Shown: positions 11,390 through 24,559 of the stretch, in pieces
Layout of the letters: every line of letters begins with the position of its first letter
Position numbering within the stretch: the first letter of the stretch is position 1
Assembly: GCF_020745735.1 (NCBI RefSeq)
Contig: NC_083409.1
Coordinates: 9,475,534 to 9,539,533, forward strand
Origin: Hemiscyllium ocellatum
Taxonomy: Eukaryota
DNA length: 64,000 nt
Direction of reading: 5' to 3'
The notes under the pieces: generated by a model
The model's input: only the letters and a program-made list of their open reading frames with translations
Databases searched by the model: none
What the model was told of the DNA's origin: nothing
Position numbers and translations under genes: made by a program

Positions 11390-14300
11390 ACCCTGAGCTC
11401 TGGATGATCCCCGCTGAGGTGGTCCAGGGGCTACAGAATATGACAGCAAAAAGTGGAACCAGTTTATCATTGACTTCTGCGGGAAGTGCACCCAACTCCG
11501 GCTCCTTGAAAACCGTGTTAGGGAATTGGAGCTGGAGCTGGACGAACTATGGATCATTCAGGAGGCTGAGGTGGTAATTGAGAGGAGTTACCAGCAGTTT
11601 ACTACCGGTGACACGAGATAGTGAGGCGAGGAACAGGGAGTGGGCACAGCTTAACATGTGGTTGTGCAGCTGGTGTAGGAGGGAGGGCTTCAGATATGTA
11701 GATAAGTGGGATGCGTTCTGGGGAAGGTGGGACCTGTACAAGAACGAGGGGTTGCATCCGAACTAGAAGGGGAGGAATGTCCTGGGTGGAAGCCTTGCTC
11801 AAGTAGTTCAGGAGGGTTTAAACTAGTACGGCAGGGAGGGTGGGAACCTGAGCTGTATACCGGTGGTGAGAGTTGATGGAGATGAGGCAATAGCAAGAGG
11901 TAGCGCAGCCTGTAGGAAAGAACCAAGTGTGTTTGCTTTAATGCAAGGTGTATCAGGAATAAAAGTGATGAGCTTAAAGCATGGATCAGTACCTGCTGCT
12001 ATGATGTCGTGGCCATAACAGAGACGTGGGTTTCTCAGGGGCAGGAATGGTTGCTGAATGTTCCAGGGTTTAGAACAGTTAAAAAGAATAGGGCGGGGGG
12101 GAAGAGGAGGGGATGTAACTCTGCTAATCAGAGAGGATATCACAGCTACAGAAGCTTCCATTGTCGAGGATGGTCTGCCTACTGAGTCAGTATGGGTGGA
12201 AATTAGGAACAGTAAGGGAGCAGTCACCTCATTAGGGGTTTACTACAGGCCCCACAATAGCAGCAGGGAGATTGAAGAAAACATAGGTCGGCAGATTTTG
12301 GAAAAGTGTGAATGTAGTCGGGTTGTTGTAATGGGTGACTTTAACTTTCCCAATGTTGATTAGATTACATTACAGTGTGGAAACAGGCCCTTCGGCCCAA
12401 CAAGTCCACACCGACCCACCGAAGCGCAACCCACCCATACATTTACCCCTTACCTAACACTACGGGCAATTTAACATGGCCAATTCACCTGGCCTGCACA
12501 TCTTTGGACTGTGGGAGGAAACCGGAGCACCCGGAGGAAACCCACGCAGACACAGGGAGAACGTGCAAACTCCACACAGTCAGCCGACTGAGGCGGGAAA
12601 TGAACCCGGGTCTCAGGTGTGTGAGGTAGCAGTGCTAACCACTGTGCCACCATGCTGCCTATTGATTGGAACCTCCTTCGAGCAGATGGTTTGGAAGGAG
12701 CTGTTTTAGTAAGGTGTGTTCAGGAGAGTTTCCTAACTCAGAACATTGACAGGCCGACGAGGAGAGAGGCTATTTTGGATTTGGTGCTTGGCAATGAGCC
12801 AGGGCAGGTGTCAGATCTTGCGGTGGGAGAGCATTTTGGTAATAGTGACCACAACCGCCTCGCATTCTACCTAGCTATGGAGAAGGAGAGAAGCAGGTAC
12901 AATGGGAGGATACTTAATTGAGGAAAAGGAAACTATGATGCTATGAGACTTGAGTTGGGAAGCATGGACTGGGAGCAATTGTTGCATGGAAAGGGCATTA
13001 TAGACATGTGGAGACGGTTTAAGGAACAGTTGTTGCGAGTGATGCATAAATGTGTTCCTCTGAGAGAGGCAAAAAGGGTTAAGATAAAGGATACTTGAAT
13101 GACGAGAGCGGAGCAGCTTCTTGTCAAAAGAAAGAAGGCAGCTTACGTAAGGTAGAGGAAGCTAGGGTCTCGCTCAGCTCTAGAGGATTACAGGCAGGTG
13201 AGGAAGGAGTTCAACAATGGTCTGAGGAGAGCCAGGAGGGGACACAACAAAGGCTTGGCAGCAAATATTAGGGAGAATCCAAAGGTATTTTACACATATG
13301 TGAGGAATAAGAGAATGATCAAAGAAAGAATAGGGCCGATCAGGGATTGCATAGGGAACTTGTGTATAGAGTCTGAGGAGGTAGGGAAAGCCCTAAATGA
13401 GTTTTTTGCTTCTGTCTTTACTGAAGAAAAGGACCTTGTAGTGAATGAACCCATTGAGGAGCAGGTAAGCATGCTGGAACGGATAGAGATTGAGGAAGCT
13501 GATGTGCTGAAAATTTTGGCAAGCATTAAGATTGACAAGTCGCCAAGGCCAGACCAGACTTTGTCCTCGGCTGCTTTGGAAGCAAGAAATGTGATTGCTT
13601 CGCCGATTGCGAAGATCTTTGCATCCTCGCTCTCCACCGGAGTCATACCTGGAACTGGAGGGATGCAAATGTTATTCCTCTCTTCAAGAAAGGAAATAGG
13701 GAAATCCTCAGCAATTATAGAACAATCAGTCTCACGTTCTGTTGTCTGCAAGGTGTTAGAAAGGATTCTGAGGGATAGGATTTATGACCATCTGCAAGAG
13801 CATGGCTTGATTAAATGCAGTCAGTACGGCTTTGTGAGGGGCTGGTCATACCTCACGAATCTTATTGAATCTTTGAGGATGTTCCTGGACAAGTTGATGA
13901 GGGTCGAGCGGTAGATGTGGTGTATATGGACTTCAGCAAGGCATTTGATAAGATTGCCCATGGTAGGCTCGTTCATCAGGTCATACAGGGACGTTTAACT
14001 GTCTGGATACAGAATTGGCTGGTCGACAGAAGGCAGCGAGTGTGTCGTGGAAGGATAGTATTCTGCATGGAAGTCAGTGGTGAGTGGTGTTCCACGGGGC
14101 TCTGTTCTTGGGCCTCTACTCTTTGTAATTTTTATTAATGACTTGGATGAGGAGATTGAAGGATGGGTTAGCAAGTTTGCAGATGACACAAAGGTTGGAG
14201 TTGTCGTTGACAGTATAGAGGACAGTTGTAGGCTGCAGCGTGACATTGAAAGGATGCAGAGATGGGCTGAGAGGTGGCAGATGGAGTTCAACCTGGATAA

Positions 14301-15082
14301 ATGTGAATTGATGCATTTTGGAAGGTCGAACTTGAAAGTTGAGTACAGGATTAAAGAAAAGATTCTTGGCAGTGTGGAGGAACAGCGGGATCTTGGTGTG
14401 CAGGTACATAGATCCCTTAAAATTGTCACCCAAGTGGACAGGTTGTTAAGAAAGCATATGGTGTTTTGGCTTTCATTAACAGGGGGATTGAGTTTAAGAG
14501 CCATGAGATCTTGTTGCAGCTCTATAAAACTTTGGTTAGACCGCACTTGGAATATTGTGTCCAGTTCTGGTCGCCCTATTATCGGAAAGATGTGGATGCT
14601 TTGGAGAGGGTTCAGAGGAGGTTTACCAGGATGCTGCCTGGAATGGAGGGCTTATCTTATGAAGAGAGGTTCACTGAGTTCGGACTTTTATCATTGGAAA
14701 AAAGAAGGAAGAGAGGGGACCTAACTGAGATGTACAAGATAATGAGAGGCATTGACAGAGTTGATAGCCAGAGACTTTTTCCCAGGGCAGAAACTGTTAA
14801 CACGGGGAGTCATAGCTTTAAGCTGTTTGGCGGAAAGTATATAGAGGGGATGTCAGAGGCGGGTTCTTTACGCAGAGAGTTGTGAGAGCATGGAATGAGT
14901 AGCCAGCAGCAGTTGTGGAAGTGAGGTCATTGGGGATATTTAAGAGACTGCTGGACATGCATATGGTCACAGAAATTTGAGAGTTCGTACATTAGGTTCA
15001 GCTCACATGAGGATCAATGGTCGGCACAACATTGTGGGCTGAAGGGCCTGTTCTGTGCTGTACTGTTCTATGTTCTATGTTC
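11390..15082 (+). mobile_element. Long decayed CR1 LINE (ORF1 3' part, APE, RT, 3' tail), interrupted by a SINE
   Basis: ORFs 11578 (RNREWAQLNMWLCSWC), 12058 (GGDVTLLI...VVMGDFNFPN), 12652, 13198, 13917, 14077 (GVPRGSVLGP, KFADD) and 14466; TTCTATG tail at about 15064-15082. Confidence 0.88.
12361..12656 (-). mobile_element. HE1/V-SINE-like SINE inserted in CR1
   Basis: Minus strand GGCAGCATGGTGGCACAGTGGTTAGCAC (A-box-like head) to a CR1-like tail; flanked by imperfect TGTTGAT/TATTGAT. Confidence 0.85.
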
Positions 15083-15089
15083 AAAGCAT

Positions 15090-15480
15090 GCCAACGCATA
15101 CTTTTACCAGCCGTTTTACTGTCCATCTTTAATTGTCACGGACAAGGTGCTGCTAAGCTGAGTTCTTGAACCCCTACAGTCCGTGTGCTGGAGGTAGACC
15201 CACAATGCCTTTAGGAAGAGAATTCCAGGATTCTGACCCAGTGATGATGTAGAAACAGTGTTATATTTCCAAATCAAACTGGTGAATGTCTTGGAGGGGA
15301 TCTTGCTGCAGTGACGTTCCCATGTATCTGCTTCCCTTGTCCTTGATTTAAATGTCATGGGTTTGGAAGCTGTTGTCTCAGGATCTTTGGTGAATCTCTG
15401 CAGTGTATCTTGTAAATCGAACACACAGCTGTTACTGAGCGTCGGTGTGGAGGGACTGGATGTTTTGGATGTGGTGCCAA
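15090..15480 (-). mobile_element. L2/CR1-like LINE 3' fragment
   Basis: ORF 15116-15508 resembles the C-terminal ORF2 (TLSNSCVFDLQDTLQ...WNSL-like); same family as 59990-61240. Confidence 0.55.
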
Positions 15481-15754
15481 TCAAGCAGGGTAAACTTTTT
15501 TTCAGCAAAATTTAAATAAAATAATATAAAACAAATAAAATTAAATAAAATATAATTTTGCTGCCTTTTTGATAAAACATCACTGAACCCAAAAAGCTAA
15601 CTCCTCCTCTCCCCACCGAGGCTGCACCTGTTCCCTTACTCCAGCATTGTGCTTCTATTTGAGATTTGCAGTATTTTTTTGGTTTTGTATCTGTTTTAAT
15701 GCCATTGGTTATAAGAGAAGCATTGGTCAGCACACTGGGAAGAGTTTCCCTGAG

Positions 15755-15920
15755 ACGGTCACAACGCCCTTATATTCACATCGACCTGAGAGGGCAGTGG
15801 TTTAACCGATCATCCAGCAGATGGCATCTTTGTCTTTGCCAGCCTCAGGATATTGCTCCAGTGTCTGGAGTGGGGCTTGAAACCTGCAGGTTCAGGTGAC
15901 GGTGTTACCACTGAGGCCGT
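15755..15920 (-). mobile_element. Deu-domain SINE remnant
   Basis: GGTTTAAC...CATCC...AGATGGCA...CAGCCT...TCTGGAGTGGGGCTTGAA...CCACTGAG matches the recalled reverse strand of Deu-SINE body plus tRNA head. Confidence 0.5.
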
Positions 15921-16019
15921 CTATTCTTTCCTGGGATATGGGGGTCACTGGCAAAACTAGCATTTGTTCTCCATCTCCAACTGCCCTGAAACTGAGTGGC
16001 TTGCTCGGCCTTTCAAATG

Positions 16020-16420
16020 GCAGGTAAGGGTCAGGCACATTGCTGGAGTCCTGGCAGAGTCAGACTTCTACAACTGGTCTACAAGAACAAGGCCCTTTGG
16101 CCCATTGAGCCAAAGCCAGTCAAACATCCACCTCACCATTCTAATTCCATGTTCCAGCACTTGGCCTGTAGCCCTGTATGCCTTGGCATCACAGCTGCAC
16201 ATTGAAACATTTCAATGTTATGGGAGGGTTTCTGCCTCAACTACCCTTACAGGCAGTGAGTCCCCAGACTGCCACCACCCTCTGGGTGAAAGTGTGTTTC
16301 CTTATGCTCCCTCTGAAACTTCGGCCATTTATCTTTAATCTGTACCTCTCCGATCATTGATTATAATATAACCCCATGTCACCAAGTCTCCCTTCATTGA
16401 CACATGAACAGTCCTTGACT
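16020..16420 (-). mobile_element. CR1 3' end fragment
   Basis: AACAAGGCCCTTTGGCCC...CACCACCCTCTGGGTGAAA is the reverse complement of the CR1 3' region. Confidence 0.6.
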
Positions 16421-18189
16421 GTAATGCCTCATAGAGAGTCAGGCACTGGAGGCTCGGGGTCTCTGACACTCAGCCTGTTTTTATCAGTGAGGATTCTACC
16501 TGTTATATCCTCATAACGATTTGAGTTTTCCTTGTGATACCCAGTTGGGAATTTTAATGGCACCGAATCTTCCACACACGCCCACCTATCTTGATGCTCA
16601 CCCTTCTTCCCATTTTCTTCTCCCCTCTGAGTTGATTCCATTTCAGTAGAGTCTGTGATAATTCCACAGAGGATGTGTTTGAGAAACTGCCATAGGGAAG
16701 CTCCCAGCCCTTCAACAGAAGGAAGGCCAATGTTTGCAGCAAGCCTGGACTGTGCCCTTGTGTACTTTGTCTGAAGGATTCCATGTGATCTGTCAGCCTC
16801 CCTCACAGTCTGATAACCATCTCGGACATTGGAAGGAAATGCCCAGGGTACAGGATAACATGGCGCAAAAAAACCTTTGGCTGAAGCTTCAGTGTTTGCC
16901 TTCGGTGTGCATTTTCACTTGCTCACTGCTCCCCTTTTACATGAAAATGAGGAAAGAACTCTTGTTGATGCAGTTTTTAAAATCATCGCAGAATAGTCAA
17001 AGCTGTGAGCATAGAGCAGTCACATTCATAGACAAGATGGTAAGGCCCCACAGACAGTAAATGAATAACAAAACAAATGTGTGTTGGTGGCACTAGTTGA
17101 ATTTTGAGCAGGGCCCCCGAGGGAATCTCCTCAGAATGGGATCTTGTCGAGCCCCCTGAGGTGGGGGTGGGGGTGATCGGGGTGTGGTGGTGATGGAGTC
17201 TCAAATGATGGTGCCAGAGACTGTGCAACTTGTAGCAGTGCACCACAGTCTCAGCCTGGAATCTGTTCTCTCATTTCTGAGGTGGCTTTCAATCCGATGA
17301 CCATTTTGACTATGGGCCAGGAGCATTGTCCATGGAGCCACGGTCAATAACAATGTAATCTGTGTAGCTCTGAAAGCTTGAGTCTGCATCTCAGCTCGGG
17401 ATCATATCAGCTCATTCATCAAATCTGTTTCTGCCCCTCTGCAGGCTGACCAGGCTGCCGGTGCCTTTCCAACACTCCCACGTTTCCTCTTGTGTCACAG
17501 CTCATTCTCCTGAGGGATAGTTTGCTCGGAGTCGAAAAGTGTGGTGCTGGAAAAGCACAGCAGGTCAGGCAGTTGTGCTCAGGCCGAGGACATGATCTTG
17601 TCCCTCCTTCAGATCCTCTTCGGGAAACTCATGGCTCACCACTGCCCTCTGCAGGACAGTGAGGAAGGGCAACAAGCAAGGATGGAGATGGGGACGCGAA
17701 GCCTGAAGTGCTGCTCTCTGCAGTTTGGGGGGCACGCTTTGAGAACCGTTTGTTAGATCTTTGAGTATAATTCAATTTGTTGCTGATTCCAGTGCTCATC
17801 CGAAGGACACTCGACCTTTCAATCTGACAAACCAGGTTCACCCATGTCATGGCTCAGTTTCTGGCTGAGGCTCCAGTCTTTCAAGGAGATGAATTCAAGC
17901 CTCACCAGTTTGATCATTTGAACTGTATGCCATTTATTTTGATTTCTCCAGGGATGGGGTAGACGTTGACGTGTCGGTTATTTGTTTCCCTTCCTGAATT
18001 GTCCTGGAGAGGGCGGTATTGAACCATGTAATTTCAGGAAAGCAACTGACAGGTCATTTCTCCTGGAATCGACTGGAATGACTGTGGGTTTACTCATGGC
18101 TAATGGAAGGAGTCGTTACCCATAATCCTCAGTCGCAGTGCAAGTACTCTATAGTTACCAGAAGGAGGTTGTTTCACTGTGTCCAAACA

Positions 18190-18285
18190 ATACAAAATCA
18201 GAAGTCACACAACACCAGGTTCTAACCCAACAGGTTCATTTGCAATCACAAGTTTCCGAAGTGCTGCTCCTTCATCAGGTGTACC
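18190..18285 (-). mobile_element. Penelope-like pseudo-LTR fragment (second family)
   Basis: CACAACACCAGGTT...CAACAGGTT...CTCCTTCATCAGGTG; minus strand carries CTGATGA-A-GGAG..CTTC; related remnant at about 21225-21297. Confidence 0.55.
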
Positions 18286-18849
18286 CCAGTCCACCATCGG
18301 CACCCCCACATTACTGAACAGTATAAATAAACTCGGGCTCATGAGGATCTAACCGGCTCCATCTGTAGAAACGAGGAGAAACAGAGAGAGAGAGAGAGAG
18401 AACAGCTTTCGGACCAGGATACTTATCTCACCGCAATGAAAATGCCCTGCATGCTATGATATATCAAAACGAAGTACTTTGGTGTGACTTTTGATTGTCT
18501 CCAGATTATGTCTTTTTCATTCTGTGATACACGGAGATAATGTCAGTATTGAGTATCACAAAGTATGTTTCCTCCATAAAACACTTTCCAACACAGTGTC
18601 TCCGTATTGTTTTACTCCCTGTTGACTCTTCCCTCACTCCGTCCCAGTCCCAGAGGGATTGATGTCCGGAGTTCATGACCCCGCACTGTGTGAAGGTTGG
18701 TGTGAAGTGAGGCCAGTGTGTTGGAGCTTGGGCCCCTGCCTCAGGCCCAGGTGTAGGGTCCTGTTCAACAATCTGCACATTGTCCTTTTCCTCTTTCTGA
18801 ATGAACTGGATCAAGTTGCAGTAACGAGCTGGCAGCAAGGTGCCTTGTC

Positions 18850-19960
18850 TAAAATGCTCCCAACATTGGATACAGAACTGGCTGAGTCAGAGGAGATAGA
18901 GGGCAGTGTTGGAAGGGTGGTTTTCAGAATGGAGGGCTGTGATTCCTGGTGTTACACAGGGATCGGTGGTGGGAACTCTGCTGTATATGGTCTGCATTAA
19001 TGATATGGAGGAAAGCGTATCTGGTCTAATTAATAAGTTTACGGTTAATACAAAGATTGGTAGAGTTACAGATAATGAGAAAGTATGTCAGAGGATACAG
19101 CAGGATGTAGATCAGTTGGTTGCATGGACAGAAAAATGGAAGATGTAGTTTAATCCAGGCAAATGTGAGGTGATGCATTTTGAAAGATGATGTACAGGTG
19201 GGAATTATACAGTGAATGGCAGAATCCTTTGGAGTATTGATATGCAGCGGGATCTGGGTGTGTATGTTCACAGATCACTGAAGGTGGCAGCACAGCGAGG
19301 TAAGGTTGTGAAAAAGGCTTATGGCATGCTTGCCTTCATTGGAAGGGGCATTGAGTGTAAGGATATTCAAGTTATGCTGCAGATTTATCGAACTTTAGTT
19401 CGGCCACACTTGGAATATTGCGCACAGTTCTGGTCACCACACGACCAGAAGGATGTGGATGTTTTGAAGATGGTGCAGAAAACGTTTACCAGGATATTGT
19501 CTGGTATGAAGGATTTTAGTTCTGAAGAAATGTTGGATAGACTGCGTTTGTTTTCACTGGAATGGGGGGAAAATGAGGCGTGACCTGATAGAAGTTTGTA
19601 AAGTTGTGAACGGCATAGGTAGAGTGGAAAATATGAGACGTTTATTTTCCAGTTTGGAGGGATCAATTATCAGGGAAGAGAGGTTCAAGGTGCAGAGGTG
19701 GGGGAATTTAAAAGAGATGTGGGATGCATGTATTTCACACAAAGGGAGTTGAGTACGTGGAACACACTGCCAGAGGAGGGGGTGGAAGCAGACACAATAT
19801 AAGTATTCAAGAAATACCTGCACTAATGCATGAATAGGAAGGGAATAGGGGGACATGAATCCTGTAGGTGAAGACAGTTTCAGTGAGGAAGGGCAAAATG
19901 TATCAGCACAGGCTTGCAGGGCCGAAGGGCCTGTTCATGTGCTGTATTGTTCCTTGTTCT
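18850..19960 (+). mobile_element. 5'-truncated CR1
   Basis: ORFs 18906 (GVTQGSVVG...KFTVNTK) and 19212 (LVRPHLEYCAQFWSP); 3' GGGCCGAAGGGCCTG tail. Confidence 0.85.
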
Positions 19961-21607
19961 TTGGTCCCTGCTGTTGAATTGGATTCTCGGGAGCCAGTTC
20001 CATATGAAGAGCCTGTTCTCATTCTTTTGTTGGAGTTCATGGGGCAGCTGCTGCTTCCTTGCTACGTCACTGATCAAACCAACAATGGGGAAAGCCTCTT
20101 GATATTTTAAATACACTGTCTGCAGGAAAATGTTTGGCCGAGGTTTTAATGTTGTTTAATAATGTAATAATGTCAATACACCAGTGTTGTTTACGGCTGG
20201 GATCATTTAACATCATGGTCCGAGAATTAAATGGACCCTCACTCGTGATAATACAGTTTTCAATGTTTCTCTCCCCTTACGTGTTATGAAGAAGTTTTCA
20301 AACATGTTTTGATGAGGACAGTGCATCTTCAACATCGTGTGACAGAGTGGGTGGCTGTTTGAATTCTCTCTTGTGATAATACAGTCTTAAATGTGTCAGT
20401 GTTACTTTCCCCACTCTCTGGGGGGAATCGCTGTCACTATCCCCACCCCACCCTTCACTCTCGAGGTGATACCATTTTTAGCAACCTTTCTGTCTGAGAA
20501 TGTCCCTGTTCTTGTCGCCCCTCTCTCAGGGATGGGGTGGGTGTTTCACATGCACCTGGTTTGTTAGTTCCACTTACTCTCTTGTGAAATGGGTAATCCC
20601 TGTTTTACTCTGGTAACAGTGAGTTAAAGCCCAGTAGAGTTCACCCTTCATCTCCATCATATCTCAGGGCCTAAGGTTGGTCAGTCCTGTCTGGCTCCAG
20701 AACAATCCCACCACTTCCCGTAGTTTTCCTTCTTTCCTATCTTTACTGAACACCTTGTATCCAGGAATTCCCAGTCCCGCCCGATCTCTGTTAGAGCCAC
20801 AGCATCAGATTTCTACTTTGCAATCAGCATCTGTAACTCCCCAATACTGTATTTTTGACCCATTTCAGTCTGTTTCCCATCAGTCAGGGTCCTTAATTGG
20901 CAAAGGCTGACTTTAAATAATCTCAGTGACTGTGGAGATCTGGTGAGGTTGGGAAAAATCAGAAGGATCAGTTGCCCCTTTTGTATTATGTACAGGGCCC
21001 GAGACACAACAACGGGACCCCAGGGGGCCTGTTGTGCTTGTGCCTGGGACTGAGGAGTAAGAGGGGGGCCTGTAATCTCTGATCGCTGTCCCTGATTTGT
21101 GGGTCCTCTCTGATGGAGACCATTGTCAAATCCATTGTCAAGATCGCCGCCTCTTGGCCTGGAGAAGCAAGAACATGCAGTGCTCGTGGGAATAATCTAA
21201 ATGTGATCAGAGGACAAGGTCAAAAATCATACGACACCAGGTTATAATCCAATAGGTTTATTATAAGACACAAGCCTCGCCCCTTATTCAGGTGCTCAAG
21301 GAGCAAACAAGGTGAATTTATTCAACAGAGAAAACAAACTCTGCTGTTCATTTCCTTCTCGGTTGACTCGGTTGAATATCACATCCACACTCAGAGTGAC
21401 ACCTACAGCCATCATGATGTAGTACACTCACACTCAGAGGGACACACAGCCTGCAGTGTTAGTGATTGGCCTAAGATCACTTCAGGTACAACACAGCATG
21501 CAGCAAAGAGTGCAGAGTGCAATCCCAGCATCTGAGACTGGACCACAGAGTGAAGAGGGAATGTCGAAGATTGTAATTATTGAGTCCTAACAGCTTTCTG
21601 TTTCTCG

Positions 21608-22912
21608 GTAAAAACAAGGACTGCAGATGCTGGAAACCAGAGGGTAGATCAGAGTGGTGCTGGAAAAGCACAGCAGGTCAGGCAGCATCCATGGAGAAGG
21701 AAAATCAATGTTTCGGGCAAAATCCCTTCATCAGGAATAGAAGTAGGGTGGTGCAGAGTGGAGAGATAAAAATGAGGGGGTTGGAGAGAAAGTAGCATAG
21801 AGTATAATAGGTGAATGGGGTGGGGACGGAGGTGATAGGTCAGAGAGGAGGGTGGAGTGGATAGGTGGAAAGGTAGATAAGCAGGTAGGACAGGTCGTGA
21901 GGATGGTGCTGAGGCTGGAACGTTGGAGCTGGGGTGAGGTGTGGGAAGGTGAAATGAGGAAGCTGGTGAAATCCACATTGATGCCATGGGATTGAAGTGT
22001 TCCGAGGCGGAAGATGAGGCGTTCTTCCTCCAGGCGTCGGGTGGTGAGGGAGCGGCAGTGGAGGAGGCCTAGGACTTGCATGTCCTCGACAAGGTGGGAG
22101 GGGGAGTTGGAATGTTGAGCCACAGGGCAGTGGGGTTGATTGGTGTGCTTGTCCCTGAGATGTTCCCTAAAGTACACTTCAAGGAGGCGTCCAGTCTCCC
22201 CAATATAGAGGAGACTGCATCGGGTGCAACGGATACAATAAATGATATTGGTGGATGTGCAGATAAAAATTTGATGGATGTGGAAGGCTCTTTTGGGGCC
22301 TTAGATGGAGGTGAGGGAGGAGGTGGGGGCGCAGGTTTTGCAATTCCTGCGGAGGCAGGGGAGGGTGTCAGGAAGGGAGGGTGGGTTGTTGGGGAACGTG
22401 GACCTGACCAGGTAGTCACGGATGGAATGGTCTTTGCGGAAAGCAGGAATGGGTGGGGAGGAAATATATCCCTGGTGGTGGAGTCCGTTTGGAGGTGGCG
22501 GAAATGTCGTCGGACAATGTGGTTTATGCGAAGGTTGGTAGGGTGGAAGGTGAGCACCAGGGGGATTCTGTCCTTGTTATGGTTGGAGGGGTGGGGTTTG
22601 AGAGCGGAGGGGTGGGATGTGGACGAGCTGCGTTGGAGCGCATCTTTGAACACGTGGGAAGAGAAATTGCAGTCTCTAAATAAGGAGGCCATCTGGTGTG
22701 TTTTTTGGTGGAACTGGTCCTCCTGGGAGCAGATATGGCGGAGGCGGAGGAATTGGGAATATGGGATGGCATTTTTGCAAGAGGTAGGTTGGGATGAGGT
22801 GTAATCCTCGGTGTCAGTAGATTTGTATAAAATGACAGTGTCAAGTCGGTCATCATTAATGGAGATGGAGTGGTCCAGGAAGGTGAGGGAGGTGTCAGAG
22901 ATGGTCCAGGTG
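21608..22912 (-). mobile_element. Penelope-like element, 3' part (RT thumb, GIY-YIG C-terminus, pseudo-LTR)
   Basis: ORF 22069-22917 (TFLDHSISI...KNAIPYSQFLRLRHICS...PLVLTFHP) and ORF 21731-22177 (FREHLRD...PVAQH...EERLIFRLGTLQSHGIN); pLTR at about 21608-21740. Confidence 0.85.
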
Positions 22913-23144
22913 GTCATTAATGGAGATCTGTTTGGAATCTTGTAACCTCAAATGATTCCAGATCAAAGGGATCATTTGAAAGTGATTGATGATTGGCTGT
23001 CAGTATCCTCTACAACGGATGTGTCATTGATTTACAGGCCAATGAGCCAATTGTGACAATGCCATGCTGAAATGTAGCCAATCAGCTGAATGGAGTGGTC
23101 AATTTCCAAAGCACACACGAGACAGAGACTGAATCTTCTTCATC

Positions 23145-23150
23145 TTTATT
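23145..23150 (-). terminator. Probable poly(A) signal of the minus-strand IgL C gene
   Basis: TTTATT on + strand, in a context homologous to 10135-10140. Confidence 0.6.
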
Positions 23151-23676
23151 CCCTTTTCCAGATTGACATTGACAGAAAACAGTCAGCAATTAGCAGCCCA
23201 GACAGAGGAAGCTGCACAAATTCACAGCCACACTGGAGCTTGAGGAAAACACTTGTGGAGGTTTTCTCAATAGCACGAGAATCCTGTCCCTTCAAACAGT
23301 GATAAAACCTTAAATTGGAACTGGTGGCTGAGCAGGAAGGAGATCTGGTTTACTGAAACAGAGACTTCTGAGGTTCACATTGTTTTGTACAGCTGACAGT
23401 CTTCAGCAACTTCAAGAGATTTTACTTGGCATCACAACTCAACTCTGTCCCCATCAAACACTCCCAGAACAGGGACAGCATGGGGTTTGACACAGCGTAA
23501 AGTTCTATCTACAGTGTCCCAATGACCTTCCATAACCCCTGAACCTCAGAAATGTCTCTGATTCGGTCCTGAGAAGGAAGAGAGTTGAAATTCAGTTCTG
23601 ACAATGACCTTTGTCCTGCCAGCTCAGCCCTGTTCTATTTAAAGTTGTGTCTCCTCTATGGACTGTCTTGAACACT

Positions 23677-23979
23677 CTACATGCATTCTGATCTCCTGAT
23701 GCTCTTGCTGAGGGTAGAGGGGAGGGTCACGTGTGTGAGGCCAGTCAGACCCAGAGAGGGTCAGCAGGCTGCTGACACTGTAGGTGCTGTCTGAAGCTCG
23801 CAGGTAGTTGCTGGTCTGAACCCCGTCCGAAATGACTGCACCATCCGTCTTCCACTGCACCTCCAGTTCATCGGGATAGAAGTGATTGGCAAGGCACACC
23901 AGGGTGGCAGTGCCCTTGGCATTGACCTGCTCCAGGGAGGGAGGCAGCAGGGTCAGCTTGGGCTGAGAGTTCTCGCAGC
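23677..23979 (-). pseudogene. IGKC: Ig light-chain constant exon, kappa-like, frameshifted pseudogene
   Basis: CTTTCAG acceptor ending at 23980; about 96% identical to 9286-9608 by hand count; lacks 26 nt (GAGTCCGACGCTCACTTCTCTTGTGC) including the second Cys; original TAG at 23679-23677 is out of frame. Confidence 0.93.
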
Positions 23980-24559
23980 CTGAAAGACAAGAGAAACAAT
24001 TTTAATCCCTGTTATTTGAAGGGATTTTAACTCTCTGAACATTCACTGGCAAAACAATCCATTTGAACATTTGTAGCCAATACCTAACAAAGCCCAGAAA
24101 TAAACAGGTATTGTTCAAATTGCTTCTTGGATGTGAGTGTCACTGATAGGGTCAGCATTTATAGTCCATCCCTAATCACCCAGAGGGCAGTTTAGAGTCA
24201 ACCACATTGCTGTGGGTCTGGAGTCACATGGTAAGGATGGCAGGTTCCTTCCCTAAAGGACATCAGGGAATCAGATGGCTTTTTCCTGACAATCAACAAT
24301 TGTTTCACTATCATCATTCGACACTTAATTGTAGATTGTTTTATGGAATTCTCATTCCACCATCTGCTGCAGCAGGATTCTAACTGTGGCCCCCAGAACA
24401 TTAATCTGGATCTCTGGATGAACAGCTCAGCGATAGTACCATTAAATCATCACCTCCTTTATCTTATTTTTAGTTGCAAGTGAAAGCAAGAAGTTTGTTT
24501 CTGAGCAGGGTGATTAGAAATAGAACAACGGAAAGACTCCCAGTTCAACCCAAAAAAGA

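Noticed and set aside
20240-20600. Recurrent CTC(T)TGTGATAATACAG-like motif
   Set aside because: Only two good copies and irregular spacing; too degenerate to call a repeat array.
10190-21600. Kappa-like 3' enhancer motifs (e.g. GAAAATGAGGAA near 16943, GGAAATTCTCC near 10421)
   Set aside because: Isolated short non-consensus matches expected by chance, with no clustering I can defend.
22853-22927. 14-bp direct repeat TCATTAATGGAGAT at the Penelope 5' junction
   Set aside because: Most simply a template slip at truncation; it is not a TSD and has no evident function.
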